This document shows positions 1 through 8,691 of a stretch of DNA of 40,996 bases, piece by piece. Position numbers and translations under genes: made by a program. Where the stretch lies: positions 1 to 40,996 of the IMG/VR virus record IMGVR_UViG_3300037755_000166. One strand, written 5' to 3'. Under the pieces are notes generated by a model. It had not been told where the DNA came from, made no database searches, and saw only the letters and a list, made by a program, of their open reading frames with translations. Source of the DNA: a virus (Duplodnaviria; Caudoviricetes). How positions within the stretch are numbered: position 1 is the first letter of the stretch; the number at the start of each line of letters is the position of its first letter.

Positions 1-178
1 GCACGGGCATCGACGGCGGCACGGGCGGCACGGGCATCGACGGCGGCACGGGCGGCACGGGCAGCGGCGGCATCGACGGCGGCATCGGCGGCACGGGCGG
101 CACGGGCGGCACGGGCAGCGGCGGCGGCGGCACGGGCGGCGGCATCGGCGGCGGCACGGGCGGCGGCATCGACGGCAT
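1..178. repeat. Low-complexity GCC-codon repeat (units GCC GCC CGT / GCC GCC GAT / GCC GTC GAT on the - strand)
   Basis: Directly visible; same units as 40700-40996. Confidence 0.95.
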
Positions 179-614
179 CTATTGAAACTTCCCGACCATT
201 CATTTTATCGTCCAGAACCCGAATGGCTGCTGCGCAACCTTCACGAACTTTCAGTGTCCCAAATTTATCAAGCGTATCGGTCACAACCCAATGCAAAAAT
301 TTCCAAGCCACCAGGCTTAAATCGGCACCTATGCACGGAGCGGAAAGAACACGCTGCGGAAAACCTTTCGCAACATCATTCGGCAAACCCTCAAAGATTC
401 CTTCTGCGATCTCGGTCAACACGACTGGAAAGCCGGTTAAGTCCTGAACAGTCGCTACATCCGAACTATGGGCAATGCAGCCGATAAAGCAGCCTTTGCC
501 ATTTTCCCAATAGGTGCCTTGGATAATTTCGTCGGCCGCCGCATGAGCGTCAATCTGTGCACGGACCTTTTCAGCCAGTGCCGGATTGTTATGGAAAGCA
601 AGAGTGTCGGTCAT
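1..614 (-). CDS. Ala-rich repeat phage protein, 5' part (runs off window start; likely continues at 40996)
   Basis: ATG at 614 behind GGGAG. Open frame MTDTLAFHNNPALAEKVRAQIDAHAAADEIIQGTYWENGKGCFIGC... entering AAARAAAD repeats. Not in the ORF track because it is truncated. Confidence 0.85.
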   Translation of the reverse strand, partial: MTDTLAFHNNPALAEKVRAQIDAHAAADEIIQGTYWENGKGCFIGCIAHSSDVATVQDLTGFPVVLTEIAEGIFEGLPNDVAKGFPQRVLSAPCIGADLSLVAWKFLHWVVTDTLDKFGTLKVREGCAAAIRVLDDKMNGREVSIDAVDAAARAAADAAARAAAAAARAARAARAADAAVDAAAARAARAAVDARAARAAVDAR

Positions 615-742
615 TTTAAAATCTCCCATGAATTACGTTGAAAATCGTAGATAGTCATTTGCAAGCCCTAAGAAAGCGGGCTCGGTCAAATCGCGGATGT
701 TAAATCTTTCCGATGTGTACTCTCTTTTGTCAAAGCCATATT

Positions 743-934
743 TCAATCCTCCTGCCGTCCAATATTGGCGTCCGCACGCATATAGATGTAAGCCATCGGA
801 TAATAGATGGCGCCGCCCATACCCTGCTTGCGGCTATGCGCCAGGACGATCCGCGCTTGCGAATGTGTGAAGTCGCCTTGCCCCATAAGTATATGAAGCG
901 CGGCATTCTCACTGATGAAAGTTTCGTCGGACAT
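743..934 (-). CDS. hypothetical early protein
   Basis: GGAGAATTTGAA-ATG start; MSDETFISENAALH... Confidence 0.65.
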   Translation of the reverse strand: MSDETFISENAALHILMGQGDFTHSQARIVLAHSRKQGMGGAIYYPMAYIYMRADANIGRQED

Positions 935-988
935 TTCAAATTCTCCTGAGTTCATAGTCGCGGCGGATTGCTCCGCCGTCCCTGGAAG

Positions 989-1384
989 TCAGTCTACTAC
1001 GCGATTCAAGGCATCGTAAAACAAGTCTGCCAGATAATCCTCGATCCCGTTGCGGTCGCTACCAGTCACTTTGATATCAAACCCGCGCGCAAGCGATGGC
1101 GTCACAATGACGCTATGTTGCGTCCAGCCATCATATCCACCGTGCTCATCCATATGATGAAATGCCGTAGTGAAAATTAGCCGATCCCGATTACAGTCAA
1201 CATGCTCACATGTGTCGAATTGCGTCCCTGAATCGACGCCAGAGCCGCTAGGCATATATTCCTTTACGATATTGTCGATTGCGTCATGGTGCCGTGTGAA
1301 CCATTCACCATTACCAGATTTATTGCAATTCCGCATAGCCTCAATCTTTGAAGCGATTGCCTGATAAACTTTGGCCATTTTCAT
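989..1384 (-). CDS. hypothetical phage protein
   Basis: RBS GAAGGAAGGA before ATG 1384; globular composition. Confidence 0.75.
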   Translation of the reverse strand: MKMAKVYQAIASKIEAMRNCNKSGNGEWFTRHHDAIDNIVKEYMPSGSGVDSGTQFDTCEHVDCNRDRLIFTTAFHHMDEHGGYDGWTQHSVIVTPSLARGFDIKVTGSDRNGIEDYLADLFYDALNRVVD

Positions 1385-1430
1385 ATTCCTTCCTTCTAAT
1401 TGATATGTCTTTACGTTATATCCGATTCGC

Positions 1431-2201
1431 TTACAAGTCAAATTCTTTTTTACGATTTTTTAAAAACTTTTCAACGTCCTTGAAATTCAGCTTTTTCTCG
1501 TAATGTATAATGCCGGCCAGCTTGACGGGATCATCACTCCCAAGCCGACGCGAGAAACTTGCAATTTCATCCTCTGTAATATCTAAAGCCGGGATATGGT
1601 CTTCGAATGCCGGGGTATGATATTCAACATAATTTTTCATTTCCCGCTCTTTCATCGTGAACCATCCGGCAAGGTGCCCATGGTGCCTGGTTTTGTTGAG
1701 TATGGATGCCACAGGTTTCGTAAAATCTTTACGCATGCTATCAGGCAGGGATAGCAGCAATCGGACAGCTAGATAGACGTGCTCGACAGGTTCGTCCGCA
1801 CGACCGATGATGGCTTTAATATGTTCGGCTAGGGTTATATAATCTGATTGTATGACTGCCTGACCCTCATGCAAACGGCGCAACAGTCTTGAGGCGCCCG
1901 GTAATATATCCCTGTCATCGATCGGGAAGCCTGCCCTACTGTAAATATACTCAAATTCAGGATAATTATCAAAGATAAAATCACATTGATCTGACGAGCA
2001 ATGACTATGAATATAAGCCAATGTATATGCGCTTGTGCGCCTCAATTTGACGGTGCGAACAATTTGTTCGAATCCCTTGTCACTTTCAAAATCTTCATCA
2101 TCCAAATCAATATCCAGATAATACCAAATCTCTTTTATTTTACCTATCGGGATACCAAATTTTAATGACATTTTTAGTGCGCTATCCATAAAAACCTCCA
2201 A
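1431..2201 (-). CDS. hypothetical protein (AT-rich, ends EFDL)
   Basis: 256-aa ORF; true start may be the ATG a few codons in, after GGAGG. Confidence 0.8.
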   Translation of the reverse strand: MEVFMDSALKMSLKFGIPIGKIKEIWYYLDIDLDDEDFESDKGFEQIVRTVKLRRTSAYTLAYIHSHCSSDQCDFIFDNYPEFEYIYSRAGFPIDDRDILPGASRLLRRLHEGQAVIQSDYITLAEHIKAIIGRADEPVEHVYLAVRLLLSLPDSMRKDFTKPVASILNKTRHHGHLAGWFTMKEREMKNYVEYHTPAFEDHIPALDITEDEIASFSRRLGSDDPVKLAGIIHYEKKLNFKDVEKFLKNRKKEFDL

Positions 2202-2219
2202 AGAACATTAGCTGTGGTC

Positions 2220-2249
2220 TAGCTACAGGATATGTTATTAGATTGTCAA
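2220..2249 (-). promoter_or_regulatory. putative sigma70 promoter
   Basis: TTGACA at 2249-2244, weak -10, upstream of the 256-aa gene. Confidence 0.4.
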
Positions 2250-2585
2250 GGCGTTTATCTAATCGCAGTAGCTGGACTAAAAAACACCTATTGATTTGTC
2301 GCATGTGCGCGCGCGTTTAACTATGAATAGCTCGCCAGCTGCGTCAGCTTGCTCGACAGCCCCGTAGGGTACGGGACGGCATTGGGGTGCCTGCTGTCAG
2401 CGTACCGCACTTGCCCGCTCGCACCTATATTACCCGGCTCATCTTACACATCATCCGACCGGATAAAATTTCTAATCAATCAAAATATCCAAAATCTAAA
2501 ATATCCCTCAATCATCAAAATTCGAACGCCCTTGGCATCTTATAATCCACCCGCGCCCCAATCCCCTCACACGTCCACCAGGCGC

Positions 2586-2621
2586 AAAAAGGGCTGGCAA
2601 GGCTACCAACCCTGCCAGCCC
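2586..2621 (-). terminator. rho-independent terminator
   Basis: GGGCTGGCAGGG-loop-CCTTGCCAGCCC followed by TTTTT on the - strand. Confidence 0.8.
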
Positions 2622-2663
2622 TCCCAAATCGCTCTGTATGGGGCTTATTCGGACGATTTGAGC

Positions 2664-2909
2664 CTATTCAGACAGATCAAAATACTCTCCCAACATCATA
2701 TCAGCAATAATGCCGCGTTGAGGATTATCCTCATCAAGCGAAATTTCATCCAACGCATCAAGATTTTCCCGCATCGCGGTTTCGTCATCGCCCATTTGAA
2801 TATAAATTTCCTTACCGCTTGGATGACGGATCGACAATCCGCACCGTAAAGCTGCATATTCATATCCGCCACCGATCGGCATGTATCCGGTTTTATGTGT
2901 ATAGGTCAT
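2664..2909 (-). CDS. hypothetical early protein
   Basis: AAGGAATTTGAA-ATG start (MTYTHKTGY...). Confidence 0.7.
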   Translation of the reverse strand: MTYTHKTGYMPIGGGYEYAALRCGLSIRHPSGKEIYIQMGDDETAMRENLDALDEISLDEDNPQRGIIADMMLGEYFDLSE

Positions 2910-2969
2910 TTCAAATTCCTTTTCGCCAGAGCCGCAAAATACGCAATGCGCCATGATTGGATGTCCATA

Positions 2970-3086
2970 TCAATCTTCCTTTTCTTCAAAGGCATCAATC
3001 ACCGCGTCGCATATCAATACTAGTGAAAATACTAAAAGCGCGATTGTGAATAAAATCACAAAGAGAGAAAAATTGTTTATAGTCAT
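2970..3086 (-). CDS. small membrane protein
   Basis: GGAG RBS; MTINNFSLFVILFTIALLVFSLVLIC, one TM segment. Confidence 0.55.
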   Translation of the reverse strand: MTINNFSLFVILFTIALLVFSLVLICDAVIDAFEEKED

Positions 3087-3087
3087 A

Positions 3088-3249
3088 TTATTTCTCCATA
3101 TTCCGCCCCTCTTGGGGCTGTAACGTCCGGGCCGGACGATCCAGCCGATTGCGAATGATATGCTCCCGCGCCTGCACATGCCGATACGCCTGAAGCTCGC
3201 CCATGCCCGTCGCCTGCATGACCTTGCGGACTTGTGATTGGTGGATCAT
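3088..3249 (-). CDS. hypothetical protein (53 aa)
   Basis: ATGA overlap with upstream gene; MIHQSQVRKVMQATGMGELQAYRHVQARE... Confidence 0.6.
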   Translation of the reverse strand: MIHQSQVRKVMQATGMGELQAYRHVQAREHIIRNRLDRPARTLQPQEGRNMEK

Positions 3250-3437
3250 GATTGCACACCATCATAAAATTCGGCTTGGCCGATCCGGTTACCATTCAAA
3301 TCACGGATAATTATCACATCATTGATACCGAGTTTCAAGCGGTTTGCTAGGTCATGAAGTACGCGAGCGAGTTCACCATGCATACCTGTGTCGAATGTTG
3401 CGTTATCCATTTCGATATGTATATTCATGTGAGCCAT
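3246..3437 (-). CDS. hypothetical early protein
   Basis: AAGGAATTTGAA-ATG; motifs IEMDNATF and IRDLNGNRIG typical of small phage proteins. Confidence 0.75.
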   Translation of the reverse strand: MAHMNIHIEMDNATFDTGMHGELARVLHDLANRLKLGINDVIIIRDLNGNRIGQAEFYDGVQS

Positions 3438-3480
3438 TTCAAATTCCTTTCTGCCTTTGATGATTCGTTATCGCACGCAA

Positions 3481-3508
3481 AGATTACCAGATTATTAATG
3501 TGACGCAA
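3481..3508 (-). promoter_or_regulatory. putative leftward early promoter
   Basis: TTGCGT-16 nt-TAATCT in the divergent intergenic region. Confidence 0.4.
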
Positions 3509-3688
3509 GGGCAGGTAATTAAAATGTTACGGTCCGGTACCTTTGGTCAAAATTATTAGGTGCCGGGGATGCTTATATTTTTGCGGCGGTAGACCGGGCC
3601 GGGGTGACGTAGGCGCCCCAAGAAATTTTACTATTGACATATCATAGGGACACATATAGGTAAATTTCAGTGATTTGGAGTTAGTAGT

Positions 3689-4117
3689 ATGCCTAGAGGA
3701 CGACCCAGACTTAAAAATGCTGCGTATAAGCATCCATTGTATATCACATGGCAGCAGATGAAGGACCGCTGCAATAACCCGAAGAATAAAGGCTACCACA
3801 ACTACGGCGGACGAGGCATCAGTGTATGTGAACGTTGGTGGAATTTCTGGAATTTTGTAAATGATATGGGACCAAAACCAAGTGTGTTACATACATTGGA
3901 AAGGGTAAATAATGAAGGTCACTATGAACCATTTAATGTAATATGGGCACTACCCAGAACGCAGCAAAATAATAGAAGAAATAACCACCAAATAACATGG
4001 AAAGGTCGTACACAGAATATATCCGGATGGGCTATGGAATTGAACATCCCTTATAATGTTTTCTGGGCGCGCTTACAAACATGGTCTTTGGATAGATTAA
4101 TGGTATATGACCTATAA
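3689..4117 (+). CDS. HNH homing-type endonuclease
   Basis: YITWQQMKDRC...YGGRGISVCERW...TLERVNNEGHYEPFNVIWA; AT-rich; TTGACA at 3634 upstream. Confidence 0.85.
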   Translation: MPRGRPRLKNAAYKHPLYITWQQMKDRCNNPKNKGYHNYGGRGISVCERWWNFWNFVNDMGPKPSVLHTLERVNNEGHYEPFNVIWALPRTQQNNRRNNHQITWKGRTQNISGWAMELNIPYNVFWARLQTWSLDRLMVYDL

Positions 4118-4129
4118 GGAGAAATCACC

Positions 4130-4420
4130 ATGCTCAGAAAACTCCCAACCCTGCCAAAACATCATAAACGCACCAAATCGCGGGAGCCGACCACCCGTCG
4201 CCCCCACATCGCAGACCATAGTTACGACCTTGGCGCTCAAGCCTTGACCGTGACTTTCCACGACGGCCGGAAATACCGTTATCAGGACGTAGCCCCTGAC
4301 ATCGCCTCCAACTTCAAGGACGCTCCCAGCCAGGGGAAGTTCCTCCACACGCACATCGGCGAACGCAGTGAGGCTGTCACGCCCGCTGGCCTCTGCAAGT
4401 CTTGCAAGGTTGAGGATTGA
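4130..4420 (+). CDS. KTSC domain protein
   Basis: SYD...LTVTFHDGRKYRYQDV...F.DAPSQGKFLH pattern; AAGGAG RBS. Confidence 0.8.
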   Translation: MLRKLPTLPKHHKRTKSREPTTRRPHIADHSYDLGAQALTVTFHDGRKYRYQDVAPDIASNFKDAPSQGKFLHTHIGERSEAVTPAGLCKSCKVED

Positions 4421-4456
4421 CTGGTAGGTCAAGCACCTCAACAATGGAGAACGATT

Positions 4457-4762
4457 ATGAAGGATGAAGATATTATAGAGACTGAAATTCAGGAAAAGGG
4501 TCTTAACGCCCCGCGCCTGAACCCAGCCCACATCGACGCGACGGTCAGCGAGGAAGCCTATTACAACTTCCCCGGCACGACATTGACAGTCTGTGCACTG
4601 ACCTTAAACAACGGCTTTATTGTCACAGGTGAAAGTGCCGCGGCCAGTCCTGAGAATTTTGACGAGCAAATTGGCCGTAAGATTGCCCGGTCCAATGCAC
4701 GGGAAAAGATTTGGGCACTCGAAGGCTATCTCCTGCGAGAAAAACTATCGAAGTCGGATTGA
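4457..4762 (+). CDS. Gp49-family (Phage_gp49_66) protein, possible nucleotide-signal sponge
   Basis: TTLTVCALTLNNGFIVTGESAAASPENFDEQIGRKIA...IWALEGYLL signature. Confidence 0.85.
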   Translation: MKDEDIIETEIQEKGLNAPRLNPAHIDATVSEEAYYNFPGTTLTVCALTLNNGFIVTGESAAASPENFDEQIGRKIARSNAREKIWALEGYLLREKLSKSD

Positions 4763-4784
4763 CCGATGGCCTCCTGATTCTCGG

Positions 4785-4824
4785 AAACCCCGGTCAGCAT
4801 CCTTTGTTGGTCGGGGTTTGTTTT
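4785..4824 (+). terminator. rho-independent terminator
   Basis: AAACCCCGGTCAGCA / TGTTGGTCGGGGTTT stem followed by GTTTT. Confidence 0.75.
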
Positions 4825-4886
4825 ACCCTTGACAGTCAGAAACGGTTCCTGTCATATGACGTCCGATGATTCGAGATGAGGATAGG

Positions 4887-5063
4887 ATGACCAACGAATT
4901 CTATAGTTCGATCGGGAACCGGTTGGTGGCGCTGCGGCAGAAGCTGAAAGCGCGGGAAGGCCGAGCCGAATACAAGGAAAACGTCAAGGCAATCAAAGCC
5001 GAGATCGCCAAACTCGAAGCGGCTTCAGCACGGCGGGCTGGGGAGGATTCGGAAGGTGAGTGA
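4887..5063 (+). CDS. small coiled-coil hypothetical protein
   Basis: GAGG RBS; MTNEFYSSIGNRLVALRQKL... Confidence 0.65.
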   Translation: MTNEFYSSIGNRLVALRQKLKAREGRAEYKENVKAIKAEIAKLEAASARRAGEDSEGE

Positions 5064-5187
5064 TCTTTGGTTCGCATGGTATCCGGTGCGACTCACATCC
5101 GGCAAAAGGGTCTGGCTCCGGAACGTGCATCGCGTTCGGCGCGGCAACATGGCTTTCAATCCTGAAACAGCCCGGTCATGGTGGTAA
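5056..5187 (+). CDS. small hypothetical protein (WFAWYPV motif)
   Basis: GGAGG then GTG; MSDLWFAWYPVRLTSGKRVWLRNVHR...; below the ORF-track cutoff. Confidence 0.65.
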   Translation: MSDLWFAWYPVRLTSGKRVWLRNVHRVRRGNMAFNPETARSWW

Positions 5188-5195
5188 TATTGGGC

Positions 5196-5483
5196 ATGAC
5201 CATCTTCAACACCATGATCCTGCTCAAGGTGCTGGACCGTCGCGGGCTGACGCCTCGGGACGTTCTGGTGCTGTGGACGGTCCGGGAGAGCCCCGGCTGC
5301 ATGGGTCATGACGTCAAGGTCAAGCTGGGCTATCCCGGCCGCTCGTCGGTGCAGGGCAGTATCGAACGACTGATTCGTGAAGGGTATATCGAGGATCGCC
5401 GGGTGAAGACCGGCAAATTCACCCCCAACCAGTTGCATTTGCTGCCGGTTGGGGAGAAATTATGGCAGGAACTGGTGGGGTAG
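5196..5483 (+). CDS. winged-helix (MarR-like) DNA-binding protein
   Basis: LTPRDVLVLW...SSVQGSIERLIREGYIE...LHLLPVGEKL wHTH pattern. Confidence 0.7.
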   Translation: MTIFNTMILLKVLDRRGLTPRDVLVLWTVRESPGCMGHDVKVKLGYPGRSSVQGSIERLIREGYIEDRRVKTGKFTPNQLHLLPVGEKLWQELVG

Positions 5484-5486
5484 GCT

Positions 5487-5885
5487 ATGTATAAACCTAT
5501 TTTATGTCTCGATTTCGACGGTGTAATTCATAGCTATACAAGCGGTTGGCAAGGTGTAGGTGTATGTAAGGATCCACCAGTCGCCGGGACATTATTGTTT
5601 TTAGAGAACGCAGCCAAACATTTCCGTATTGCGATCTATTCATCGCGGTCAAAGTCTTTTGCCGGACGCAGAGCGATGAAACGTTATATGCGTGAACATT
5701 TTGAAAGCTATCTCACTTTTAGTCCCGATCACGACCGCGACACTCGCTATGAATATTTGGAATGGCCTTGGTTTAAACCATCGGCATTCATGACGATAGA
5801 TGATCGTGCACTGACATTCACTGGAAATTGGGATGATTTTGATCCTTTGACATTGAATAAATTCAGGCCATGGAACAAGAGGTAG
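5487..5885 (+). CDS. HAD-superfamily phosphatase-like protein
   Basis: LDFDGVIH motif I, SSR motif II, KP...IDDRA motifs III/IV. Confidence 0.85.
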   Translation: MYKPILCLDFDGVIHSYTSGWQGVGVCKDPPVAGTLLFLENAAKHFRIAIYSSRSKSFAGRRAMKRYMREHFESYLTFSPDHDRDTRYEYLEWPWFKPSAFMTIDDRALTFTGNWDDFDPLTLNKFRPWNKR

Positions 5886-5888
5886 GCT

Positions 5889-6107
5889 ATGTATATTTCA
5901 GGGGGCGGATTATATAAGAAACCGGGAGCGGCGGCCTGGAGAACGAAATTGAAGCGCGACCGGCAAAAAAGACTGGAGCGGCTAGCGGAACTGGTTTCCG
6001 AAGGATATACTGTCGCAGCCGCGTCCCGTGAATTGGGCTTTACCCAGCAGGCCGGATCGAAGATGTGGCGAGACATTCGCCTTGGCCTCGGGGAGCAGGC
6101 GCAGTGA
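5889..6107 (+). CDS. small HTH protein
   Basis: LVSEGYTVAAASRELGFTQQAGSKMW helix-turn-helix. Confidence 0.7.
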   Translation: MYISGGGLYKKPGAAAWRTKLKRDRQKRLERLAELVSEGYTVAAASRELGFTQQAGSKMWRDIRLGLGEQAQ

Positions 6108-6370
6108 GCGACAATGTAATTTCTCTTGAGCGCGGCTATCCGGCGCAGGATATTTCAGCTACGTTGCGGCGAATTGCCGACAGTATCGACGCCGGAGAAT
6201 ATGGGGTCATCACGACTTGCGTAGTCTGCACAGGACACACCGAAGAGAAACCTTCGGATATTCCATGTGAGCGACTGATGAGAAACGAAGTCAATACCTT
6301 TGCCGCCGGCCCACGGACGGATGTTTTTACGGTTCGCGGCCTGCTTCTTTCTTGTGCCGGGAACATATGA
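6104..6370 (+). CDS. hypothetical protein
   Basis: GTGA-coupled start, GGAG RBS; DISATLRRIADSIDAGEYG. Confidence 0.7.
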   Translation: MSDNVISLERGYPAQDISATLRRIADSIDAGEYGVITTCVVCTGHTEEKPSDIPCERLMRNEVNTFAAGPRTDVFTVRGLLLSCAGNI

Positions 6371-6690
6371 CTGACGACCGCAATCTACCGGTCACACGGG
6401 CCGTCACCAGCCTGCCGGTGATCTCCGCTGAAGCCTATCAGTATGTTGGCCGCTATGCCGGCGCCATCGTCATGTCGGTGTTCGAGCAAATCGGTGGCGT
6501 TGAGCGCATGGCGGCGTGGGCAGAAACCTCACCCGAATCCTTTTATACCAAGGTTTTCCCGAAGATGATCTCCCGTAGCCAGCAGGTGGAGCACAGCGGT
6601 TCCGTGACGATCGACGACGCCATCACTCGACTGGAGCGTATCGAGGAAGCCGAGTTTATGGAAGTCGCGCAACAGGAGTACGACCTTTGA
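6367..6690 (+). CDS. putative terminase small subunit (ends EYDL)
   Basis: FEQIGGVERMAAWA..PESFY..F.K...QVEHSGSV pattern; just upstream of TerL. Confidence 0.7.
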   Translation: MTDDRNLPVTRAVTSLPVISAEAYQYVGRYAGAIVMSVFEQIGGVERMAAWAETSPESFYTKVFPKMISRSQQVEHSGSVTIDDAITRLERIEEAEFMEVAQQEYDL

Positions 6691-6956
6691 GCATCGCCCG
6701 CCAGAGACGTGAAGCCGCCGCTGCCCTGGCGATGCTCATGGAAGCGAAGAACGAAGCGTTGAAAGCTGCCGTTACTGCATTTGATGATGAAGCGGTGCAG
6801 AAAGCCGTAGTCGATCTCGCCTTGCTTCAGCAGAATAATGCTCAATTCCTGATCTACGTCCTCAAGCATTATGCGGGCAGTGTGAAGAACCTCACAGGTC
6901 ATTCGCTGGTCGAAGCTGTGCAATATGATAACGAGACTTTTGGAGAGCATGAGTGA
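6687..6956 (+). CDS. hypothetical protein
   Basis: TTG start overlapping the upstream TGA; coupled to TerL. Confidence 0.7.
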   Translation: MSIARQRREAAAALAMLMEAKNEALKAAVTAFDDEAVQKAVVDLALLQQNNAQFLIYVLKHYAGSVKNLTGHSLVEAVQYDNETFGEHE

Positions 6957-8689
6957 ACCTCCAGAAGATCGCTGAAGATTATGGGTTGTCAGTCGATCAG
7001 GTCCGGGAGCGGTGGCTTTCCCTGCGTGTTGCCATGTGGAAATCCGATTTTAGGAAATTCGCAAGGGATGCAGTCCGGATCAGGACCAAGGAAGGTGAAT
7101 TGGCACCGCTGGTCCTGAACTCCGCGCAGGACATTCTCGACCAGGCCGCCGAAGCGCAACTGCGGGAAGAACGCTGGGTCCGCCTTGCAGGACTGAAAGG
7201 GCGCCGGCAGGGCTTTTCGACCTATGTTGCGGCGCGCGGCTATTGGCGAGCCACATTATGGGATCGCCAGCGTGTCTACATCCTTTCGCACGAAATGGCG
7301 TCCTCCAATGTCCTGTTCGACATGACGGCGCTGATCCAGGAACAGCACCCTTTCCCTCCTGCGATCGGAACCGATAACGCCAAGGAATTGGATTTCCCGA
7401 AGCGCGGCTCATCTTATCAGGTGGCGACAGCCGGGCAGAAGGCTGGCGGGCGCGGCGGAGCGATCTCCTTCCTCCACGGCTCCGAAGCGGCCTGGTGGAC
7501 CAATGCGGCCGACCATTTCGCAGCCTCCGTGCAGGCGGTGGATGAAGTGCGGGGAGTTTGGGGCGTGCTCTGGAAGGAGCCTACTTATCCTCTCCCCTTC
7601 GAGCGCGGTAAAGGGACGATTGAAGGCTGGGTGCGCGTCCCGTCCGAAGTGTGGCTCGAAACCACGTCGGCAGGCCCGACCGGGGAATTTTACCGCCGCT
7701 ACATGGACGCGATGAAGAAGATCGGCCGCTACCGCTCCGTTTTCGTTGCATGGACTGTCCAGCCTGAATATACCGACGACGGCGACTTTACCGCAGATAC
7801 TGAATCTGCTGAAGAAGGCGAACTCTCCGAAGCCGAATATCAGCAGGCACATGGACTGACCGACGGGCAGATGCTCTGGCGCCGGTCGAAAATTCATGAA
7901 TTGGGTTCGATCGGCAAGTTCCGGCAGGAATATCCGATCGATGTCACCGAAGCCTTTTCGTCGGCCGACACCGATGGCGTTTTCATTAAATCCGCGTTGA
8001 TCCTGCGTGCCCGCAAGCGTAAATTTCCGATCCCCGATGCTCCGCTTGTCATCGGCGTAGATCCGGCCGGTGCAGGCGGCGACCGTTTCGCGATAGCATG
8101 GCGGCGAGGCGACATGATTTTGAAAGTCGAGCACCGGAACAAGCTGGAGCATGACGAAGCGGTGGCGTGGATTTCCTCGATCATCGACTCTGACAAGCCC
8201 AATCGTGTGTGCATTGACCGCGGCTCATTCGGGAATAATATCATTTCCTCGCTGCGCAACATGAACGCACGTTACCACGAAGTCATCAAGGGTGTGGATT
8301 TCGGAGGAACGTCAAAATCAAAGAAAGCTAACCCAAAACGGGCGGGACCGTGGAATATCCGCGCTGAAATCTACGGCCGGATGCGGGATTGGCTGGTTGA
8401 AGGCGGTGCAATTCCTGATGACGATGATCTTGCCAGCGATCTTTCCAGCCCCAAGATTCGTTATAGGGCTAATAACGATTGGATTTTGGAGTCGAAGACT
8501 GATATGCGGGCGCGGGGAGTAAGATCACCGGATTTGGCTGATGCTGTTGCATTGACATTTACTGTGCAGGAGTTCTTTAACGAGTGGAGCAAGCCAAAGA
8601 ACGAAGGTGAATTTGGTTCGTGGGATATTGACACTGAATTGGACCGGATGGGCGAACTTGATAATTCACCTACAGCTTGGATGGCATAA
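6953..8689 (+). CDS. terL: terminase large subunit
   Basis: Walker A LKGRRQGFST, Walker B LHGSE, coupling motif ETT, nuclease VIGVDPA and SPDLADA. Confidence 0.95.
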   Translation: MNLQKIAEDYGLSVDQVRERWLSLRVAMWKSDFRKFARDAVRIRTKEGELAPLVLNSAQDILDQAAEAQLREERWVRLAGLKGRRQGFSTYVAARGYWRATLWDRQRVYILSHEMASSNVLFDMTALIQEQHPFPPAIGTDNAKELDFPKRGSSYQVATAGQKAGGRGGAISFLHGSEAAWWTNAADHFAASVQAVDEVRGVWGVLWKEPTYPLPFERGKGTIEGWVRVPSEVWLETTSAGPTGEFYRRYMDAMKKIGRYRSVFVAWTVQPEYTDDGDFTADTESAEEGELSEAEYQQAHGLTDGQMLWRRSKIHELGSIGKFRQEYPIDVTEAFSSADTDGVFIKSALILRARKRKFPIPDAPLVIGVDPAGAGGDRFAIAWRRGDMILKVEHRNKLEHDEAVAWISSIIDSDKPNRVCIDRGSFGNNIISSLRNMNARYHEVIKGVDFGGTSKSKKANPKRAGPWNIRAEIYGRMRDWLVEGGAIPDDDDLASDLSSPKIRYRANNDWILESKTDMRARGVRSPDLADAVALTFTVQEFFNEWSKPKNEGEFGSWDIDTELDRMGELDNSPTAWMA

Positions 8690-8691
8690 TT

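Noticed and set aside
1-178. Terminal repeats, telomere or CRISPR array
   Set aside because: Codon-periodic low-complexity coding repeat with no unique spacers; more likely an assembly break than true genome termini.
2355-2398. tRNA gene
   Set aside because: Too short, only two inner arms and no T-loop or D-loop consensus.
2349-2849. 166-aa + strand ORF
   Set aside because: No RBS, crosses a terminator and is antisense to a better-supported gene.
5060-5311. 83-aa ORF from the track
   Set aside because: Better explained by 5056-5187 (WFAWYPV protein with GGAGG RBS) plus the wHTH gene.
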